Shown here: positions 58,885 through 64,000 of the stretch, piece after piece | Layout: each line of letters starts with the position of its first letter | Numbering within the stretch: the stretch's first letter is position 1 | Assembly (NCBI GenBank): GCA_963827515.1 | Contig: CAWHBF010000024.1 | Coordinates: forward strand, 30,902 to 94,901 | Direction of reading: 5' to 3' | DNA: 64,000 nucleotides | Origin: an uncultured Acidobacteriota bacterium | GTDB taxonomy: Bacteria > Acidobacteriota > Vicinamibacteria > Vicinamibacterales > UBA2999 | Notes under the pieces: generated by a model | What the model saw: only the letters and a program-made list of their open reading frames with translations | What the model was told of the DNA's origin: nothing | Databases searched by the model: none | Program-made: the position numbers and the translations under genes

Positions 58885-60114
58885 CTAGACGGGCGCCTTC
58901 TGCAGCACGCCGTCGGCGATCGTCTGGAACTCCTCGGACGTCAGCAGGTCCTTCTTCTCGAAGGATTTCGCCTTCACGCCCTGCAGCATCTCCATCTTCT
59001 GATCGTCGGTGGCGCTGATGTTCAGCTTCTCGCACCACTCCTGGATGGACGGTGGACCGCTGTTCTTGCCCAGCACGATGTTGACCGGCTTCTGGCCGAC
59101 CAGGTCGGGCGCGAACGGCACGTACTCGAGCGGATGCTCCTTGCGGCAGAGTCGCACCCAGCCGGCGATGATGCCGGATTCCACGTCGTACAGCCGCTCA
59201 CCAACGATCGGGCGGTTTGGTGGCTGCGTGACCTTGGCGAGCTCCATCACGTAACGCGAGACCTCGACGAAGTGCTGCGTCTTGATGCCCAGGTCCTTCC
59301 CGTACAGGCACAGGAGCGACATCACCACGTCCTCCATCGGGACGTTGCCGGCGCGTTCGCCGAGGCCGGTCACGGTGGTGTGCGCGACCGAGGCGCCTAC
59401 CTGGAGCGCTGCCAGCGTGTTGGCGACGCCGAGACCGAAGTCCTGGTGGCAGTGAATCTCAACGGGCTTCTTCAGGCGCTCGATCACCTTTGGGACAACG
59501 TAGCGGATCGCGTCGGGCGTCGTGCCGCCCACCGTGTCGGCGATCGTCAACGCGTCCATGTGGCCTTCGGTGGCCACCATCTCGACAATCTCCAGGAAAC
59601 GGTTGAGCTCGGTGCGGGTGGCGTCGATGGTGAAGAAGACCGTGTAGAGACCGGCTTCCTTGGCGGCCAGCGTGGTTTCGATCGACGCCTTCATGGCGCG
59701 CTCGATCGGCCACCCATAGCCGTTCTGGATCATGTGGTCGCTGGCCGGAATCTCGATGACGATGCCTTTGCAGCCGCAGTCCTTGATGACCTTCACCTCG
59801 GACGGGATGCAGCGCGCGAACCCGAAGATCTCGGCCTTGAGGCCCAGCGCGGCGATGTCGGAGATGGCCGCCTTGTCCGGCGCCGACACGGCGGGCATGC
59901 CGGCCTCGATACGGTGCACCCCAAGCGCGTCGAGCTTCTTGGCGATGGCGACCTTTTCCTCGCGGCGGAAGACGACGGCGGTTTGCTGCTCGCCGTCACG
60001 CAGGGTGACGTCGTGGATTTTGATGTTCTTGCCGAATGCGGTGTTCTTCGTGACCTCTGGCAGATAGTTCCAGGGGCTGATGAACCACTTGTCTGTTTTC
60101 CAGGGTTCCTGCAT
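58885..60114 (-). CDS. HMGL-like (pyruvate carboxyltransferase domain) synthase/aldolase, isopropylmalate/homocitrate synthase family
   Basis: ..IKIHDVTLRDGEQQTAVVF..ALGVHRIEAGMPAVS..; ..HCHQDFGLGVANTLAALQVGA..; ATG 60114 preceded by GGAGG; 409 aa, without a LeuA-type C-terminal regulatory domain. Confidence 0.75.
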   Translation of the reverse strand: MQEPWKTDKWFISPWNYLPEVTKNTAFGKNIKIHDVTLRDGEQQTAVVFRREEKVAIAKKLDALGVHRIEAGMPAVSAPDKAAISDIAALGLKAEIFGFARCIPSEVKVIKDCGCKGIVIEIPASDHMIQNGYGWPIERAMKASIETTLAAKEAGLYTVFFTIDATRTELNRFLEIVEMVATEGHMDALTIADTVGGTTPDAIRYVVPKVIERLKKPVEIHCHQDFGLGVANTLAALQVGASVAHTTVTGLGERAGNVPMEDVVMSLLCLYGKDLGIKTQHFVEVSRYVMELAKVTQPPNRPIVGERLYDVESGIIAGWVRLCRKEHPLEYVPFAPDLVGQKPVNIVLGKNSGPPSIQEWCEKLNISATDDQKMEMLQGVKAKSFEKKDLLTSEEFQTIADGVLQKAPV

Positions 60115-60283
60115 GTTGCCTCCGAGGAGAGTTGATGAACACACGATCCTAGCTCTTGCCGGGCCATGGCATCAAGCGGCCCTGGTTCCGTGGCGATGCA
60201 TCGCAATGCCCCTGGCGGCCTGCGGGCCTACGGTTGCCGTCCAGTTCCCCCCAGGGTGGTACGATGACGTCGAGGTTCCATAG

Positions 60284-63163
60284 TTGCCCAAGATTCAATT
60301 CACGCTGAACGGTAAGGCCACCGAAGCCTCATACGAGCCGGGAATGCACCTCCTCGAGGTGCTGCGCGAGGAGTGCGGCGTCGTCTCCGCGAAGAACGGC
60401 TGCGCGCCGGAAGGAGCGTGCGGCTGCTGCCTGGTGATGATCGACGGCCGGCCCGCGCTCTCGTGCCTGCGCAAACCCGAGCAGATGCAGGGACACCAGA
60501 TCGTCACACTCGAAGGTCTTCCCGAGGAGACGAGGCGCGTCATCGGGGAGGCATTCGTCCTCGAGGGCGGCGTGCAGTGCGGCTTCTGCATCCCGGGGAT
60601 CGTGGTGCGGGCAGCGTCACTCATCGAGCACGGCAAGAGCGGCGACCGGGATGCGATCTCGAAGGCGCTCGACGGGCATCTCTGCCGGTGTACCGGTTAC
60701 GGGCGCATCATCGACGCCATTCAGACCGCCGGCGAGGCCGCGAGCCATGGCGGCCAGCTCCCCGAAGAGCCGAGGCGCCACCATTTCTTTGGAGAGGATT
60801 TCGGACTCAGTCGGGATCCAGCGTTTGCCCAGGGGACCGGTTCACAGTCGGGGATCGGCCATTCGATCGCGCGTCAAGGCGGGTTGGCGCAAACACTCGG
60901 CGAAAAGCCATTCGTGGACGACATGCGCGTCCCCGGCATGCTGCACGGCGCCATGGTGCCCACGAAGCACCCGCGTGCCCGGGTGTTGAAGATTCGGACC
61001 GAAGCTGCCGGGGCGATGCCGGGCGTCGTGCGGGTGTTCACCGCCGCGGACATAACGGGGTCGCGGGGCATCGGACTCACGATCCCCGATCAGCCCGTGT
61101 TCGTCGCCGAGGGGGAAGTGACGTGCTGCGTCGCCGACTTTCTCGCGATGGTCGTTGCTGATACCCAGTTCCACGCGCGCCAGGCGGCAGCGGCCGTCGA
61201 GGTGGCCTACGAAGTGCTCGAGCCGCTGACGGACCCATTCGAGGCGCTGAAGCCGGGTGCGCTCGAGGTGCACGGGGCTGATTCCTTCCGCCCGGCTCCA
61301 AACCTCCTGCAACCCGTGACCGCCTTCGCGCGTGGAGACGTAGCGGCGGCATTGGCCGAGGCGACCCACGTCATCGAGGCGACGTTCCAGACCCAGCAGG
61401 TCGAGATCGCGTTTCTCGAGCCGGAAGCCTGTCTCGCCATTCCGAGCCCCGTCGCACCTCGTATGACGGTTCACACCGACAGCCAGGGCTCGGTGTATGA
61501 CCGCCTGCAGATCGCCAAGGTCCTGGGGCTCGAGCCCGAGGGCGTCGAGATCGTGCTGGCCGCGAGCGGTGGTGCCTTCGGTGCAAAGGAAGAGCTGTCG
61601 ATTCAGGCGCAGACGGCGCTGGCGGCGCACCTGCTGGAACGGCCAGTGAAGACGGTGCTCACGCGCGAACAATCCACGCAGCACCATGTCAAGCGACATC
61701 CCATGACGATCGCGCTCACCGTGGGCGCCGATGCCGAGGGGCGGCTGACCGCCGTGCGCTCGCGAATCGTGGCTGACGCCGGCGGCTATCACACCACGAG
61801 CGCCAAGTGCGCGCTTCGTGCGGCGTGCCACACGTGCGGCCCTTATCGCGTGGCGAACGTGGACGTCGAGTCCAAGGCCGTGCACACGAACAATCCCAAC
61901 AGCGGTGCGATGCGCGGGTTTGGCAGCAACCAGGCGCAATTCGCCATGGAGGGTGTCATGGACATCCTCGCCGAAAAAGTGGGCGTGGACGGCTGGGACA
62001 TCCGGATGCGGAACATCCTCGACCCAGGCGACAAGTTTGCGACGGGCCAGGTCATGCGCCAGAGCGTTCGGGGCATGAAGGCGTCGCTCGAAGCCGTGAA
62101 ACAGGTCTACAAGAGCGCGAAATACAAGGGGATCGGCTGCGGCATCAAGAGCACGGGACTTGGCAACGGCACGACCGAAGGCGGCTACATCACGATCCGC
62201 GTGGTCAAGGGCCGCTTGGGCGCCGAAGCCTCTGGCGAAGGCGCCAGGCTGGAAATTCTCAACGGCTACACCGAAATGGGTCAGGGGATTTTTACCGCCA
62301 CGCTGCAGGCCGTGTGTGAGGAGACGGGGCTCTCGCCCGATCTCATGCAGGTGCGCTGGGACAAGGATCTCGGCGACAAGTGCGGCGAGACGTGGGCCTC
62401 ACGCGGCACGACGTTGAGCTGCGCGGCGGCGAAGATCGCGGCGCAGAAGTTGATGACGGATCTCAATGAGGTCCGGCTGAAGCCGGACACTACGTACAAC
62501 GAGCCGAAGCCGGACACTACGTACAACGAGCTGAAGCCGGACACTACGAACAAGCCGGGGCCGGACACTGCGACGACGTCAGAGGCGTCCGCCGAGAAGG
62601 CGCTCGCGAAGCTCGTCGGCCGGGAGTATGTCGGCGAGTACGTCTTGAGTTTCACGACGCGTCCTGGCACGCCTGAGTGGGTGTTGAATCCGACGACACA
62701 CTTGACGTTCAGCTATTCGACGCAGGTCGTCATCCTGGACGAGGAGGGGAAGCTCGAACGCGTCGTGGCGGCCCACGATGTCGGCCGGGCGATCAACCCA
62801 AGGCTGTGCGCCGAGCAGATGGAAGGCGGCGTCCACATGGGCCTGGGCTACGCGCTGTCCGAGCGCTTTTCGTCCACCCGAGGTGTCCCCGACTCTCTCG
62901 CGCTGCGGGATCTCGGGATCGTGCCCGCCAAGCAGACCCCGCCGATCGACGTGATTCTCATCGAGGTGCCGGATGAGGTCGGCGGCTACGGGGCCAAAGG
63001 AGTCGGCGAGATTGGCTGTGTCGCAACCGCCGGTGCCGTGGCCAGTGCGCTGCATTCCTACGACGGAATCCGACGTCTCCGGCTGCCGATGGAGGACGCT
63101 CCGGCGGCGCGGCCATCCGTGCCGAAGTCCCGGGGTAAGACGACGACCCGAGGGGTGGGGTAG
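60284..63163 (+). CDS. molybdenum hydroxylase, fused [2Fe-2S] (CoxS-like) + molybdopterin-binding (CoxL/XdhA-like) subunit
   Basis: TTG start; FTLNGK..; CAPEGACGCCLVMIDG; GVQCGFCIPG..HLCRCTGYGRI; then aldehyde oxidase/xanthine dehydrogenase domains (..GSGGAFGAKEE.., ..GAMRGFGSNQ.., ..VGRAINP..EGG..MGLGYAL..). Confidence 0.85.
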   Translation: MPKIQFTLNGKATEASYEPGMHLLEVLREECGVVSAKNGCAPEGACGCCLVMIDGRPALSCLRKPEQMQGHQIVTLEGLPEETRRVIGEAFVLEGGVQCGFCIPGIVVRAASLIEHGKSGDRDAISKALDGHLCRCTGYGRIIDAIQTAGEAASHGGQLPEEPRRHHFFGEDFGLSRDPAFAQGTGSQSGIGHSIARQGGLAQTLGEKPFVDDMRVPGMLHGAMVPTKHPRARVLKIRTEAAGAMPGVVRVFTAADITGSRGIGLTIPDQPVFVAEGEVTCCVADFLAMVVADTQFHARQAAAAVEVAYEVLEPLTDPFEALKPGALEVHGADSFRPAPNLLQPVTAFARGDVAAALAEATHVIEATFQTQQVEIAFLEPEACLAIPSPVAPRMTVHTDSQGSVYDRLQIAKVLGLEPEGVEIVLAASGGAFGAKEELSIQAQTALAAHLLERPVKTVLTREQSTQHHVKRHPMTIALTVGADAEGRLTAVRSRIVADAGGYHTTSAKCALRAACHTCGPYRVANVDVESKAVHTNNPNSGAMRGFGSNQAQFAMEGVMDILAEKVGVDGWDIRMRNILDPGDKFATGQVMRQSVRGMKASLEAVKQVYKSAKYKGIGCGIKSTGLGNGTTEGGYITIRVVKGRLGAEASGEGARLEILNGYTEMGQGIFTATLQAVCEETGLSPDLMQVRWDKDLGDKCGETWASRGTTLSCAAAKIAAQKLMTDLNEVRLKPDTTYNEPKPDTTYNELKPDTTNKPGPDTATTSEASAEKALAKLVGREYVGEYVLSFTTRPGTPEWVLNPTTHLTFSYSTQVVILDEEGKLERVVAAHDVGRAINPRLCAEQMEGGVHMGLGYALSERFSSTRGVPDSLALRDLGIVPAKQTPPIDVILIEVPDEVGGYGAKGVGEIGCVATAGAVASALHSYDGIRRLRLPMEDAPAARPSVPKSRGKTTTRGVG
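62477..62578 (+). repeat. in-frame 27-bp tandem repeat (about 3.8 copies) inside the MoCo subunit
   Basis: ctgaagccggacactacgtacaacgag / ccgaagccggacactacgtacaacgag / ctgaagccggacactacgaacaag / ccggggccggacactgcgacgacg. Encodes LKPDTTYNE PKPDTTYNE LKPDTTNK PGPDTATT. Confidence 0.9.
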
Positions 63164-63270
63164 AACGGGGTCAGGCCGGCTCACCGCCGATTGCGGGCAG
63201 GACCCCTGACGTGGTACCTTTCCGTGGATGTCTCTAGGACTCTAGGGACACGAGGCCGGGTGCAAACCAC

Positions 63271-63298
63271 CAGCTACCGGCTACACGCTACCAGCTAC
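63271..63298. repeat. short heptanucleotide array (GCTAC type, 4 units)
   Basis: cagctac cggctac acgctac cagctac, flanked by tgcaaacca...tggttgca which could close a hairpin. Same word family as 54810-54872. Confidence 0.65.
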
Positions 63299-63339
63299 AC
63301 ACTTCTGGTTGCAGATTTTAGGGATACTCCGGAGACCTG

Positions 63340-64000
63340 ATGAAGGGGTTTGAATTCGTATCGGCCAAGGATTCCCAGCACGCCGTGGCGCTGCTCGCCC
63401 AGCACGGGCCAAACGTGAAGGTACTTGCGGGCGGCACCGATCTGCTGGCCGATCTCAAGTTCTCCTCCCATGCTCCGCCAAATGTCGTCGTCGACATCTC
63501 GCGCGCCGCGGACCTGCGGGGGCTGAAGATTACCGACAAGGGGCTCAGCATCGGGGCCCTCGTGACGCACACCGAGATCATGGGCTCGCCGATTGTCCGC
63601 GACATGTTTCCGGCGCTCGTGGACGCGGCGCACACGATTGGGGCCGTGCAGACGAGGAATCTCGGGACCCTGGGCGGCAACCTGGTCACGGCTGTGCCAT
63701 CGGTGGACAGCGGTCCAACGCTGGTCGCGCTCGATGCGCAGGTCACCGTGCTTGGGCCATCCGGCCGGCGGGAGATGCCCCTGGCCGATTTCTTCGTGGG
63801 ACCGCGCAAGACAGCCCTCAAGCCGGACGAACTGCTGGTGGAGATTCTCATTCCGACCGCCAGCCTCGGCAAGCCAACCGCCTTCCTGAAATTCGGTCTG
63901 CGCAAGGGACAGGCCCTGGCGCTCGTCAATGTGGGAGCCAGCTTCTGGGTTGACTGGGACAAGCAGACGTTCCTGACTCCGCGCATTGCGCTTGGCGCCG
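63340..64000 (+). CDS. molybdenum hydroxylase FAD-binding subunit (CoxM/XdhB-like), 3' end cut by window edge
   Basis: MKGFEFVSAKDSQHAVALLAQHGPNVKVLAGGTDLLADLKF..GALVTHTEI..TIGAVQTRNLGTLGGNLVTAVPS..; the frame is open to the end of the window (not in the ORF track because no stop is reached). Confidence 0.8.
   Translation, partial: MKGFEFVSAKDSQHAVALLAQHGPNVKVLAGGTDLLADLKFSSHAPPNVVVDISRAADLRGLKITDKGLSIGALVTHTEIMGSPIVRDMFPALVDAAHTIGAVQTRNLGTLGGNLVTAVPSVDSGPTLVALDAQVTVLGPSGRREMPLADFFVGPRKTALKPDELLVEILIPTASLGKPTAFLKFGLRKGQALALVNVGASFWVDWDKQTFLTPRIALGA

Overview
High-GC (about two-thirds G+C by eye) bacterial window. It is probably Acidobacteriota; this is an inference from the CarboxypepD_reg-type TonB-dependent receptors and a VWFA-related acidobacterial-type protein. 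No rRNA, tRNA or CRISPR array was seen.

Layout:
- (a) 1-5.7 kb: small accessory patch with an IS110-family element, a decayed IS5-like element with about 28-bp terminal inverted repeats, DUF4160/DUF2442-like remnants, and methyltransferase, GNAT and P-loop kinase genes.
- (b) 7.6-16.3 kb: methanopterin-type pterin biosynthesis cluster. It holds an MfnB-like gene, an SDR, pterin-4a-carbinolamine dehydratase, a dihydropteroate-synthase-like gene, pabB/pabA/pabC, DUF447 and RFAP synthase. Several stop/start overlaps are present.
- (c) 16.4-51.4 kb: the most unusual part. About 35 kb on one strand repeatedly iterates three secreted or outer-membrane components:
  - 5 TonB-dependent receptors;
  - 8 small DUF6152-like proteins whose predicted mature N-terminus is His-His;
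  - 6 close plus about 3 distant copies of an uncharacterised 245-300 aa secreted family, named here the 'HTEQLH' family.
  - Interspersed are two c-type cytochromes, two polytopic membrane proteins, an MBL-fold hydrolase, a lipoprotein and an unlisted 30-codon micro-ORF.
- (d) 51.4-64 kb: LarA-like protein, TRAP solute-binding protein, NHL beta-propeller, VWA protein, DUF1330, an HMGL-like synthase, and a molybdenum hydroxylase (fused 2Fe-2S + MoCo subunit, then an FAD subunit cut by the window end).

Non-coding structure:
- A four-member REP/MITE-like nested-palindrome family.
- Five intergenic heptanucleotide tandem arrays, three of them arranged as inverted arrays.

Caveat: roughly 45 frameshifts interrupt otherwise well-conserved genes. 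Several sit in homopolymer runs, so assembly indels are a serious alternative to real pseudogenisation. Gene coordinates given here span the frameshifts.
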